DNA of 64,000 nucleotides from positions 1,054,001 through 1,118,000 of the forward strand of contig NC_090596.1 of assembly GCF_000497125.1 (NCBI RefSeq). Direction: 5' to 3'. This document shows, piece after piece, positions 1 to 12,256 of this stretch. Origin of the DNA: Spironucleus salmonicida (taxonomy: Eukaryota). A model generated the notes under the pieces. It did no database searches and was not told where the DNA came from. It saw only the letters and a program-made list of their open reading frames with translations. A program made the position numbers and the translations under genes. Positions within the stretch are counted from its first letter, which is position 1. Every line of letters begins with the position of its first letter.

Positions 1-3000
1 ATTCTATCCCAGAAGGCTACCCAGAGCCTCCAGTAGTGATACTGGTCGTCGCCAAAGGCCCAACTTCGCTATTACATAATTCAGCCATAGTTTCGCAGTT
101 TTAGACGAATTTGAACAGACTTCCGTAACTAAACCCATAATTCAAATGCTGAGTTATTTCGCTTATAAAATCGCTATTGCTCTGCAAAGAAAGCAGCTAA
201 ACCTCCTAATCGTGCTCGCTATTGCCGATAATTCCATCATAGAGGTAAATTAGCCTGTAAAGCTCAAAAACGCCTTCGGATTTGAGCTCAATGCTCATCG
301 TATTTTGCTGAATCCGAACGATCGTTTGCAGGACGCTCTTCAAATTGTCGATTACAGCGCATTCTTCGCTAACTTATTTGAGCTCCAAATCGCACGTCTG
401 ATATAACTCCAAAAGCAGCGGACGCGCCTTTTCGATCACCATGCGCATCACGCAATCGCGCCACAAATAGCACTCATTTATGATGCTTTCGGCGAGCTGC
501 GTGCCCTCCAAAATGCAGAAAACGACGATTGCGCGATACGGCGGATGCGAGCTGATTTCGCCCGAAAACGGCAGCGACTGCATCAAATTGCAGTTCTCAG
601 GAATCCTGAAAAACGAGTTTTCGTCGATTTTGAACGACTGCAAATCGTCGATTTCGTTCGATTCCTGCGACTGGCCGTCGACCAAAACCGTCAAAAGCGA
701 CGCCTTTTCGCGCTTTTTGTTGCTGTTCAAAACGAACGTTTTTTCCTGTTTTCCCTGCTCCAAAAACTGCGCTGTGGACGTGAAAAAGTGCAGCAAATAG
801 TCGAAATCTGAACTCGAGAGCTCAAATTACTGGAATTTGTTGATGACTTAAAGCCGTTAATTTTTGTAAAAATCGGTAAATTTGCTCCAAGAATTCACGT
901 ATTTTTGGATCTCTACGAGCGTTTATTGGACCTTTTCCTGGATGTCTGTGATGATTGTCGTCACCGTCGACTGGTTGATTACTTGGATGTGGAAAGAGCG
1001 GACGACGACTTCTTCTTGGAGCGTTACGTCGTCTAATTGCGCTTATTTGCGGAATTCGAACAGCTCAGATTTTCTGAGCGTTGTAGCGTCAGAAGAAATT
1101 AGGATTTAAGCGCCTTTTTGGGACGTTGCGGATTCGAAATTATGCTGTTTGACGGTTCCGTCTTCCCAGAGAACGAAAGGCTGAGCGACGCGTGCGATTG
1201 CCTCCACTTGGTAGTTTAGTGTGTTTCTGAGCTGCTCAATTGACGGGTTAACAAGAATTTCTGGGAGCTGCAAACTGGCTTATAAATGGAAAAGTGGGGT
1301 GTAGTTATATTTTAAGAATTTGTTATTTATTTCCTTGTTATTTACAGTTTGACCTTTGATGAGGGTGTTGTAATCTTTAAGCGCGTTAGTGACCATTTGG
1401 ATCAAAGCATTAAACACCTTTTGGGCCCAGAATTTGTAATATTTCTCAAGTTTTCCTGTATCATTTCCTAAGTTAGCATTCTCTTCAATTTTTAATAATA
1501 ACTAGGTAAGACCAGAATATTTTTCGAGAGCAAGTGTTACTTATCTATTTCTATATTCCTCAATTCTTTCGCTGAACTCTTACAAACTCAAACTTGCCAA
1601 ATCTTCGAACATTTTTTCATTCATTGCAGCAGCTTTGAGTTCCATATCTCTTGCTGCAGCCCTCATTGCCTGTTCTGGTGGTAAATTAGCATACTTTGTC
1701 GGGTCTATAGACACGTTGACAAGATTTTAGGGATTTGCCGCAGCATATGAAAGTTCAGAACCTGAAAATAGTATTTACTGCGAAGGTACTAACTTTGTAT
1801 TCTTTATGAATTTAATATTTTATTCAACATTTCCAATAGTTTTCAGCATTTATTAGCAAGTTTATTAAAGTTCTGACGCTGCTGAAATAGATCGTTCTAA
1901 ATAATCATCTACAGATAATGAATTCCAGTTCAAAGGGCCAAAACCTGGTCTAATGATGATTGATGCCTTTTAAACTGCTTTTTCAATTAAAACATGAGCC
2001 GTTTCAGTTGTAATGTTGTTAGTTTTTACATCATCTAAAGCCTGAGCTGTTAAAAACTCAGAGAGTGCACTATTTATTTAGTTAATAAGTTGCTTTAATC
2101 CTTCTGCGTGTTTTTCATATTTTTACTTCTATAGAGCAACATTCAAAGCTGTTTCACCAACTGAAAAACCAAGTCTATCTAAAATTTTAACCTCATCAAT
2201 GAGTTCATTCAATTCAGGTGGGAAATTAACACACATTTCATGCTATTGACGACGCAAAATCAATGCTGTTACAGATGGTGAAATATATGTAATATTCTCA
2301 TCAGATTTTAAGGCATCTAACGGTGGGTTTTTAACTCTTTCATTTTCTTGTATAATAAACTCAGTATCGTTGTTAGAACGAAGAATATCAATATTAACAA
2401 CAGGTTTTTCACCTAACAGTGGCGAAGATAATGACTTCATAATAATAGCATCAGCTTCTTGTTTCCATCTATTAAAAATAAGTTTTTCATAGGATTTAAG
2501 AGATTATTAGATACCTGAAAAGACAGATGAAGCTTCTTTTGTAACAAGAAGCTCTTAACTTTCCTTTGGTAATTATTTTATCTAATCCATAGGTGTTTTA
2601 ATTGCAGCATAAAGACTTCTGCACCAAACTAAAGTACCAGCAATTTTTGGTAAATCAATACCAATAGGGGGAGATTTATGTTTTAAATCAAATTCCTTTT
2701 CTGTACGAGTCAATTCGGTAACATATTATTAAATAATATCTTCAGTTTTTGTTTTCATATGATTAGCTAAAATAGACGATGAATTAGATATCTGCTATGC
2801 TGTCTAAAGTTTGATGATAAGATCTAATGCCTAACTAACACTTCGTAATTTTGTAAATGATTGATCAATAAATTCAAAGGATCTAACTTCTGCTTTTTTA
2901 ACATTAATATTAAATAGGGTTATAATCTCTTAAAAAGCTTCGTTATTATCAATATTCCAAATTTCATCGCCAAAAGCAATTAATTTTTCTGGTAATTCAG

Positions 3001-4375
3001 CAATCATAGCCTTTACCATTCTCACACCGCCAGTATCACCTGTTACTTATTAAACATCAGTTGAAATTATTTGATCAAATTCTTAAATTTGTTCAACACA
3101 TTTGATAAGAACATTAATTCTCTCAGTCTAAAAATTAGTATTTTTGAATAAAATCTGTTTATCGAATTCCCATCTTCTGGCTTCCTTATTATGTTCCTCT
3201 ATTTATGTTCTAGTCTAATAATAAGAATCTGACCATTTTAATAATACACTCTTGGTAGCTTTCAGTAACTAAATACCAAATAATTAATCCTTAATATTTT
3301 CACCATAACTACTACCTTAAACTGGTTTAACTGTTGTAGAAAATAATTCTGAAACTATAATGCTAGATTAAACTCGTCTACAAATCTAAAGAGCTATTTT
3401 TTCCATTAAAGGTAATAATCTTTCTTCGGTATTATAATATCTAGAAATAGTCCAAACCATACGAATAGCAGCATATAATGAATTAATAACATCTGGCAAA
3501 GTTTATATAGGAGCACGTTATAATAATTTAAAATGACGTTCAAGAGTTGACAAAAATCTAGTATTATCCCTAGATTCTAAACAATTTTTAGTAAGTTCTG
3601 TACGAAGGGTAATAAAATGAGTGACCACTTAGTTTGTAACTGGTTCTATAACCTAAATTAATTTCTTAAACTCAGGTGTCATCATATTCTCATATAGGGT
3701 TCCTATCAAAGCAGATCTGTGCCTCCAAAGCTCTATCTCGTCCATAGGTGTATCCGACTAATGAGTGAGTTGATTATATGTATCAAACGCTTTCTAAACA
3801 ATTGGTGTCCAAAGTTCTAGTTATTTTAAAATATTGTTCATTGTTGCAACGTCAGACTACGCAGCTTTAGCATTTCCAATTACTATATCCTCTGGAATAC
3901 TTATAGTAAAATCGCTCTTAAGCTACTAATCAGTTGTACTAGCTTAAACAGCTAGTTTTTTGCTTTAAAATGTTAATTCTGATTCGTTTTGTCCCGGCAT
4001 CATAGCTGGGAAAATTTTATCTAATGAATCTGAGATTGATCTCAAAACGTTTGGTTCATTGACCATAAAATTAAGTTAACTAATCATAGCAAGCTTGAAC
4101 TATTAAGGTCCACAATCTTCTGGCGCTTCAATAGCAGTAGGTTCATCTCCGGCTTCAATTCTGCGAGTTATAATAAGAATAACGGAATCAGTAGTGGGAG
4201 GAGAGGACTTAACTAGAATCTGATCCCCGTGTTGAGTGATAAATAAGGGTTGATCTGAAGCCTCTAAAAAGGTGGCGGTTGTCTCACAATCTAAAGAAGT
4301 GAGAGTTAACTTGGGTGGAGTGCAGAGTACACGAGAAGCTACATCTGCTAAATAAGTTATTATCCGGTCCGCCAT
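1..4375 (-). CDS. Axonemal dynein heavy chain, N-terminal tail region (DNAH10/inner-arm I1-like); runs off the window start
   Basis: ATG at 4375 (MADRIITYLAD...). Track fragments 4103-4375, 2243-2440 and 374-796 share one frame and join when TAA/TAG = Gln. Contains ESRDNTRFLSTLERHFK...AIRMVWTISRYYNTEERLLPLMEKIA, typical of the DHC_N1 tail. Subfamily is from motif recall. Confidence 0.85.
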
Positions 4376-4993
4376 ATTTAAACGAAGTGGCGTAAAATTT
4401 TACATTAGTTGGCTATTATATATTCTTTATAATTTATGAAAATGGATAGTAACAGTAAAAATATATACCTAAGTTATAATAAACTTTTCATTTCATTTGA
4501 AACTCTAATATTAAAGAAAAATTTACTTTATCACTTTAACATGGCATACTTTAGTTTTAGTGTGCGGTCTTCCAAATTTTTTAATCTTGCTTTAAGCTAA
4601 TTCGTACGATCTGTATAATCTGGCACATGTTACATAATATGCATAATTTTTTAAAATGCCGTTTCTTTTTATGCTTTTTATGACTTTAGTATTGGTGGAT
4701 GTGCTTCATCTAGTTAAATAATAAGCTGATTTTGTTTAATAATTAAATCATCAATATTTTACTAAATCTAAGATTGATTTGTCATTTCTGAAGTGGAGAT
4801 TTAATGTAATTAATAATATAATAATATCAAATTTGCGCTTAACTAAAAAGGAAAATGTCTAAATTACATGAGTCCTTAAATAAAGATTAAAGTAAAGTAT
4901 CATAATACTTATTTTTGATACTCCTAGTAAGTTGAATATCTAGACCCAACTATATTCTAATATCAAATATAAATAAACCAAAATCAGCAACGC

Positions 4994-5134
4994 TCACTGC
5001 TTGCAGGCGCCGCCGCCGCAGCACTTCTTGGGGGCCTCCTGGGCCTTCTGCTGGCAGCACTGGCCCTCAGCCTTCTTCTCCTCGGTGTGGCTCTGGCAGC
5101 ACTCCTTCTTCTCCTGGCAGCATTTTCCCTCCAT
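4994..5134 (-). CDS. Metallothionein-like Cys-rich peptide, type 1 (46 aa), copy 1
   Basis: MEGKCCQEKKECCQSHTEEKKAEGQCCQQKAQEAPKKCCGGGACKQ*. 9 Cys (four CC pairs), no Phe/Trp/Tyr, GC3-rich codons, C-rich motif before ATG, ends CAG-TGA. Confidence 0.75.
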   Translation of the reverse strand: MEGKCCQEKKECCQSHTEEKKAEGQCCQQKAQEAPKKCCGGGACKQ

Positions 5135-5224
5135 TTACAGAGGAGCGGGGCTGGGATTTTCGCCGAGAATTGACTACTACGGATATAATAATGGTATATG
5201 CTGTGACTCAAAAGTATACAAAGG

Positions 5225-5615
5225 GGGAGCACAGTCCACGATCCCGGCCGCCCCGCAGGTGCCCTCGCTGCAGGACTACGAGTACCGCGTGTCCATGAGC
5301 GAGTTCCTCCACAAGCAGCAGAACGACGCGGCGTGCTACTTCATCATGGCCTTCAACGGGCTCACTCTGCGCGACCAGGCCCTCGGGCTCACGGTCATCT
5401 TCTCCACCACCGCCCTGCTGGCCGCGTTCCTCGCGTACCAGCTGCTGAACTTCTGGGTCAAGCGCCAGTTCGACGCCGCGCTCGCCGCGCTCCGGCTGCC
5501 GGGCTACCCCAACCCCGCGGGCGGTGCGGCAGCCACGGCGGGGCTCTGCTCCAACCTCGGGGTGCTCGCCGCCCTCGCCTTCCTCGCCCTCTCCAGCCTC
5601 GCAGTGTACCTCTGA
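5225..5615 (+). pseudogene. 5'-damaged copy of the small multi-TM orphan at 15661-16077 (could still start at ATG 5295)
   Basis: Homology begins at GGGAGCACAG and the original ATG is lost. An in-frame 24-nt deletion (VLLVSLAA) lies between GCG repeats. Confidence 0.65.
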
Positions 5616-5726
5616 GGGCGGGCCAGCACCCCATCCGCCCGCGACCGAAACACTGTAGATGCCCGGAACACAAATCGCCGCCGCGGCAGAAACAGCGGCC
5701 TCGGATTATCCACTCGCCCTCCCGAA

Positions 5727-5969
5727 ATGGGGACGTGCGCGCAGAGCAGCAGGCTGGAGGACTTCGAGAACGCCCTCAGCGGCAAGGTGGCGGTGCCGGC
5801 GATCGAGCTGGTCCTGGCGCAGCGCGTGGCGTAGCAGGGCGCCGCGGAGACCCCGGAGCTGTCGGAGCAGGCGCGGGGCGGGACGCGGACGCGGCAGTGC
5901 AGCAACCTCATGGACCTGGACCTCAGCGCCTTCCTGGAGGCGCTCGGCGAGGTGGAGCTGGGCCAGTGA
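5727..5969 (+). CDS. Hypothetical 80-aa protein (MGTCAQSSRLEDFENALSGK...), copy 1
   Basis: One internal TAG (Gln), high GC3, CCACTCGCCCTCCC upstream, ends CAG-TGA. Also at 16189-16431 and 36791-37033. Confidence 0.65.
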
Positions 5970-6023
5970 CGACCTTACTTGTATACCATTTTCACCGCCC
6001 TACTCGCGTAGAGCCCCGCACGA

Positions 6024-6311
6024 ATGAAGCAGAACCCCGGCACGATTTTTACTACATCTTTTGGCATCAGGAGCTCGCGTTCAGCAAATATCATCATCAA
6101 TGACCTCATCACTGCGCAGACAAACGATTTCGAGTACGTGATCAATCCTAGCTCAAACTCAGTAAAAACACGCTTTCGTGAAGAAAAAATCATATATGAT
6201 GACTACCAATAAAATATATCTGTTGAAGTTGATGTTAGCTTTTTACCAGTTGAAAGTAATAAATTATATGAGATCAATGTCGAATTAAGTGGAATACGTT
6301 GTTATAAGTGA
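6024..6311 (+). CDS. Hypothetical 95-aa protein whose first 20 nt are shared with the repeat unit
   Basis: MKQNPGTIFTTS...ELSGIRCYK*; reads through TAA 6210-6212 and ends AAG-TGA. Homology to 16486-16505 stops at 6043. Confidence 0.5.
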
Positions 6312-6354
6312 TCGGATGAATAATATTATTATATTATAATAAAAATTTAATAAA

Positions 6355-8256
6355 ATGAACTCATTATTATTAGTTTTATAACTACCATTAACAGCTGAGT
6401 AACGTAATATTAAGACAAACCTTTGCTCCCCATTAAGCATTAATAACACAAATATACTTTTTCCAACACTAAATATGGCAGGTTTTGGACAATTTGTGTT
6501 TTCAAAATATCATTGGATGATTACAGAAAGTTAATTTCCTTAACTTATGGCAAATTCTATAATAGTAGCTACAAATGAAGCTTATTTAAAAGAATATGTC
6601 AATTAGTCATATACGTATGGCAATGTTGGCTAACTGAATAGTATTCTTTTAAATGAAGGTTTTACTATAGGACAATTAGAAGACGCTTTATCAGGTTATA
6701 GTAGCAGTAATATAAGTTTTCTTATCCTGCCACTTATTGATTGCTCGTTTAACAACCAGAATGTTCACGAGTATTTATAAATTATACCAGATTTTAAGTA
6801 GTTTTCCAACCAAAATCTTGATACAGATTTGATTTTAGCATTTTCTACCTTAGTTTAGAATAATTTCAACCTGAGAAGTGCATATAATGAAACTTTGCTG
6901 GGTTCGTTATGTTACTCCTAAACAAAATTACTTAATCCTGATTTTTAAATTATATCCACTGTATTTAATCAACTAGGCTAGCTTTTTGTTGAAAATATCC
7001 CGATATCATCAGTTTAGTTGAGTGGTTAGAAATTCAGTGGTTCTGAAGGTTTTGTTTCCTTGGCTATAGGATATGGTGCATAGTCTTATCTTGGTGAAGC
7101 TGATATCATGCAGTCGACAATGGGATATTACTTTATTACAGCGGCAATTTAGTCTGTCTTCAAGAATATCTCCATTATAGTGGTTTAGTAAATTTTATAG
7201 GAAATTAGCTTTTACACCCCACAGATATTCAAGGATGGCCAAGCCCTAAATTCCATCACATTCACGAACTTACTGAAAATTATGGAGTTCAGCCCAGAAA
7301 AAACTTTTCCAAATCCAAACTTAGATTTCCTGGTAGTTATGGGAATTAAAAATATGAGTAATCTCACCCCTAGTTCAACATAATTTGCAAATAGATTCCC
7401 AGGAATGTAATTCGCCAGCTAGCAGTTGGTCATAGTGTTTCGGTGCTTCGATTGCAACGATACGGTGGAACCAACGTTAGAAGAAGTTGGGGCAACGCTA
7501 GTGTCATAGGCTTAAATGAAACAACTAGATGGCTATACTATTTTTGTTAGTTTTACCAATGGATAAAGAGAAGAAAGTTTTTACGTTGCAACTATTGGAA
7601 GTGGGAAAAATGAAATTTACAAGACTATGTATCGAACCATGGCAAATTTCAATATGATGACACCCTCAGAAATTCAGATTACTGTTTGCAAATAGCTTTC
7701 TATAGGGAGAGTAATGATAGGATAGTGCCATGCGCCACCTCCATAGGACTTTCGGATAGCAGTTTATAATATGGGATTTATAAATGATATTTATGTTAGA
7801 ATGTTATCTGATACACTGATTTCTGTGAATGAAAAGATATACTTTGAAGTAATACCGTCTAGTACAGGAAACTTTAGCATCAGCATATCTTGCACTTATT
7901 TATACTAGAACAATTTTATACTTTTGGGCTTCTCATCACTTGTTAAACATAAGCTAAGTTTAAAGTTTTTGTAGAATCAGGGAAGTCTAGGAATATGCAA
8001 AATAATAGTCTGCCCAACGGAATATCTAGTTAACGACATCTTAGTTCCTATCCCGACAGATAAAATTAATAAATCCGGAGTATATTCTAGTTTATGTGGA
8101 ACTACCGACAGCTTTTCTGTAGAGAAATAAATAGTTGGTATGACATTTTTCTTTTGCTTTAGCGTTTATGGAGTTTTCTTAGTTTCGTATTTTGCTATAC
8201 TTTAGATCGTACACAAGAGGCAAGAAGTGCTAACAAGCAAAATTAATTAATACTGA
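6355..8256 (+). CDS. 633-aa putative type I membrane/surface protein, unknown family
   Basis: TGA-free frame of 634 codons read through by hand. Hydrophobic N-terminus, many N-x-S/T sites, C-terminal TM (IVGMTFFFCFSVYGVFLVSYFAIL) followed by basic residues. Confidence 0.8.
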
Positions 8257-10236
8257 TTTTATGGTATTATAATAGTGATAGAAATACTTACCACTTCAAA
8301 TGAATCTCTCTCTTAGTATATTGGTTGATTTGTGGACGAAAACGTTGGGGTTCCAAATCGCAATTCCTTTGCTAGCAGTCTGCTACATTGCATTTTATAC
8401 TCTTAAAATGTACCAGACACCCCCAGGTTCTCTGACATTGCGATCTTCTCGCAGCACTTCGATCTTTGCATCCCTGCTATAATTTGGTGGATTATTTGTG
8501 GCTCTCGGGCTACTAATTCAACTTCCATCCTTCTATGTTATGTTTGTAGCGTACTTTATTCAATTCTTGGTTTATATATTTGGGTCTGTCATGTTTCTTG
8601 GCACAAAGACTCCTCGGTTTTGCTGCTCAAAGAATATTACAAATAGCAGAATACTGCGCATTCTGATTGTCATACAGCATATCTTGCTTGGGGTTTTGAG
8701 CACGGCTGCTGTTCTGTTAGCTGGAGCCGATGTAAGCCCAGAGACTATACATCAGTATTAAAATAGCAAAAGTTTTGAAAATTGCTACAAATGCCTCGTT
8801 GGTGGTACATTTTATATTGTCATGATTCATTTCATTGGGGGCATTGAAGAAGCTATTTGGTACCTTGTGTGGATAAAGCGCGATGAGAGTATTGGATAGC
8901 GCAGGAAGGTGATTGTTTGGGAAGACTCAAATGGGATCATTACGGAGTATAGTTACGACTAGAGCAGTGAAAACATTGCTTGGCTCTCACTTAACAAAAC
9001 TTTACACCATCTTTTTTATATTCATTGACGCCCCTACACCGCATATTACCACGCTAACGCCGATACATAGTCCTATGGCAATCTTACGAGTTACGCGAAT
9101 ACTTTCTACGGTGGTACCCTCCTGTACCTAAACTGGAGCCTCATTGCTGATATGCGAGCCTCTGTCATTTGTATTGAGCTCTTCTAGCGCCTATTGAGCC
9201 TCAAGCATAACATTCTGATTACTCGGTCCACTACTCATGTGATAAGTGCATCCCTGATCCGAAGTCGCAACTACAATTGATCGCGTCCTAAATATACTGG
9301 GAGTTCTAGGGTGGACCTCGCCGAAGCTCTTCCTATCATGGCCAAACATCCGAATGGTTAGAGCCCTTGCGCGCTCTACCGGCATGATATGAGCTAAAAT
9401 AGGTACCATTAGAGGATCTACTACATGCATTGCGTCATTTTCTGCATCAGCATGCTAGTTCTAGCTCCTCAGCTGTGGAAGTTTTAGGGAAAATATGAAC
9501 GGAAGATAGAAGACGTACACAAAGCCGCTCAGCGAAGCAAATATTGCAAAAATAACGACAATATTTTCGTAAACTGCCGCCAGGGCAAAACTAAACACGA
9601 CAAAAAGACTGCTAATGAGCAATGCCCATAATTAGCCCTTTTTATCATTTATAGACATGCCATATTACGCGAGAAGAGTCTCTTTTATAGGAAAAATAAC
9701 TAGTGGGAACGATATTATAACGACTAGGCCATAGAGGAGACCAAGAATGTTAAAATATATAAAATTACACTCCCCAATGTTCACGAATATATTGTTAGAA
9801 ATTTTAGTACCGAACATAATTGCTCCCATGTACCCTACACAAAGATAAAAAATCGTTCCAAACGTTGCTGCTATCCAAGCTGAAATTTTGACAGTCTGTT
9901 TCTTGAAGATCGCTGGGCCTTATACAGAGTTTAGCAAAGAAGGAATAGCATTATACGAACCAAAATTCGATTAAATTGACGGGATATACATCAAAAAAAG
10001 TAACACAGCTTGACCTGGGGATTGTTCTGGTAAAATATTAATATGATAACTCCCGTTCCCACAGATACTTTATTTAGAAAATCTAATGAAAAAGATAGTG
10101 GCTATCGAAATAACAGTAACAAAAATTATCAGGGACGATATTGAGCTTACTTTAGCCAAAATAGACATCTTGGAAACAAGAGTAAGTGGAAAGACAATGA
10201 AGAACGAAATAACAATTTTTACCCAGATTATGTTGA
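6525..10236. repeat. 3.7-kb segmental duplication, source copy (direct repeat of 47037-50748)
   Basis: Constant offset 40512 (8300->48812, 9191->49703) with scattered substitutions. Confidence 0.95.
8300..9028 (+). CDS. 242-aa multi-pass membrane protein, unknown family
   Basis: Track ORFs 8300-8482 and 8498-8761 join through TAA; first in-frame TGA is 9026-9028. CCACTTC just before ATG; several hydrophobic segments. Confidence 0.75.
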
Positions 10237-10603
10237 AATCTCCTGTGCTGAAAGTATTCTTAATAAATGAATACGCACTGCGGGATGAAATGATAATATA
10301 ACCAGTACAAAACCCATAATAAGATACTATCAGACATATATTTAATAGTTAACATGCCTTATTTCCACAGATTTTTTTAGTAGCATCTCTATAAGACATA
10401 GCTCCAGAATAATGTATTGCTTCAGTAAATTATGCTAAAAGTATAATAACTATTACAAAGATAAGACTAAATGATAAAACAACTAATACCACGCCTAGTT
10501 ATGAAAAAATATATGGCATTGATAAAAGCGAGGCTCCCATCATCTATGATACCAGTGCAAATGAGACAGTGGTCTTCTAGCTCATATGAACTTCTTTATG
10601 CAT
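8987..10603 (-). CDS. Amino acid transporter (Aa_trans/SLC38-like), 538 aa
   Basis: MHKEVHMSQKTTVSFALVSQMMGASLLSMPYIFSQLG matches the family TM1 motif (G-x-x-L-L-S-M-P). Many TMs; in frame with 9191-9430; ends AAG-TGA. Confidence 0.85.
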
Positions 10604-11179
10604 TTAAAAAAATTACGAAGTGAAAAATTAATTAAATATATCTTTTACATTTTTTCATAGCATAAAATATCGAATACTAAAATTCTATTATATTGTAGAA
10701 ATTAGTTTCCTAGTTTTATAATTAATATTTCATAATATAGCTAATGCGTCGTTTTATTCATAAATAATTGTTTATTTATAATTTATATATTAATGAACTA
10801 ATATTAAAATGATATTTCTATGTTGACCATTAATATATATTGATATATATTTTAATTTAAATTTTCCAAAATAATCAAAGTAAGTAAAATATTATATTAT
10901 ATGAAATATTCCATATACCTACTCGTATTAGAAATCAAAATTATTTTGCAGGCATCTTTATCTTATTAGTAAATTCATATTATGATACTTTATGCTTGGA
11001 TAATGTGAATTATATATATGAGATATCATAGTATCAATTAATAACTATAATTACTTACTAAATTTAAAATAATAATTATCACAAGATTCGGTATTTATTT
11101 TGGGTTGAGAAATAGTTATTCAAAGCTATATTGGAGTATTATCAGTATTTAGGGAAATATTTAAGTAGATACAATCTCC

Positions 11180-11570
11180 TCAGAGGTACACTGCGAGGCT
11201 GGAGAGGGCGAGGAAGGCGAGGGCGGCGAGCACCCCGAGGTTGGAGCAGAGCCCCGCCGTGGCTGCCGCGCCGCCCGCGGGGTTGGGGTAGCCCGGCAGC
11301 CGGAGCGCGGCGAGCGCGGCGTCGAACTGGCGCTTGACCCAGAAGTTCAGCAGCTGGTACGCGAGGAACGCGGCCAGCAGGGCGGTGGTGGAGAAGATGA
11401 CCGTGAGCCCGAGGGCCTGGTCGCGCAGAGTGAGCCCGTTGAAGGCCATGATGAAGTAGCACGCCGCGTCGTTCTGCTGCTTGTGGAGGAACTCGCTCAT
11501 GGACACGCGGTACTCGTAGTCCTGCAGCGAGGGCACCTGCGGGGCGGCCGGGATCGTGGACTGTGCTCCC
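11180..11570 (-). pseudogene. Second 5'-damaged copy of the small multi-TM orphan
   Basis: Mirror of 5225-5615 with the same 24-nt deletion. Confidence 0.65.
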
Positions 11571-11660
11571 CCTTTGTATACTTTTGAGTCACAGCATATA
11601 CCATTATTATATCCGTAGTAGTCAATTCTCGGCGAAAATCCCAGCCCCGCTCCTCTGTAA

Positions 11661-11801
11661 ATGGAGGGAAAATGCTGCCAGGAGAAGAAGGAGTGCTGCC
11701 AGAGCCACACCGAGGAGAAGAAGGCTGAGGGCCAGTGCTGCCAGCAGAAGGCCCAGGAGGCCCCCAAGAAGTGCTGCGGCGGCGGCGCCTGCAAGCAGTG
11801 A
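11661..11801 (+). CDS. Metallothionein-like Cys-rich peptide, type 1 (46 aa), copy 2
   Basis: Same peptide as 4994-5134; ATG 11661, TGA 11799-11801. Confidence 0.75.
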   Translation: MEGKCCQEKKECCQSHTEEKKAEGQCCQQKAQEAPKKCCGGGACKQ

Positions 11802-12123
11802 GCGTTGCTGATTTTGTATTTATTAATCTTTAGGGCAGCAAAATGAGGCGCTCACGCTGGCAGGACGCTTAGTGGGACGTGCCTGGTCAGCTAAAACGGG
11901 CGAAACCGAAATTTGCGAAATCGGTATCAACCGCGTCAGCTGTGTACTTGATTTGCAGCTAAAACGGACGGATTTGCCAGAAACTCAAACAGGCAATTTT
12001 TGTTTTTTTAAATAATATTCTGATTGGTATATAATAATTGATTTTATTAAAATTATTGGTTGTTCACAATCCTATCGATTTCGTCTAACCGCCATTTTTG
12101 TATACTTTAAATTTTAAAAAATA

Positions 12124-12194
12124 TGCACTACCCGGGAATCGAACCCGGACCAAAAGCTTGGGAAGCTACCATTCTACCACTAAACCAGTAGTGC
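12124..12194 (-). tRNA. tRNA-Gly(CCC)
   Basis: GCACTAC acceptor stem pairs with GTAGTGC(A); D loop TAGTGGTA; anticodon loop TTCCCAA; T loop GGTTCGATTCC. Confidence 0.92.
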
Positions 12195-12256
12195 TAATAT
12201 ATAATATTAATTAACACGCAACGAAGATTTAACTACACCCTATTTCCAATTTTCAA

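Larger units (their letters stand above)
4979..5617. repeat. 639-bp GC-rich inverted repeat, left copy (pairs with 11178-11816)
   Basis: Mirror-image ORFs with constant coordinate sum 16795 (5001..5615 + vs 11180..11794 -); near identical. Confidence 0.95.
11178..11816. repeat. 639-bp GC-rich inverted repeat, right copy
   Basis: Reverse complement of 4979-5617, embedded in AT-rich flanks. Confidence 0.95.

Noticed and set aside
5001-5294. 204-aa track ORF MQAPPPQHFLG... as a single protein
   Set aside because: Its 5' part is the antisense of the metallothionein-like gene plus intergenic DNA, and it begins at a non-ATG codon.
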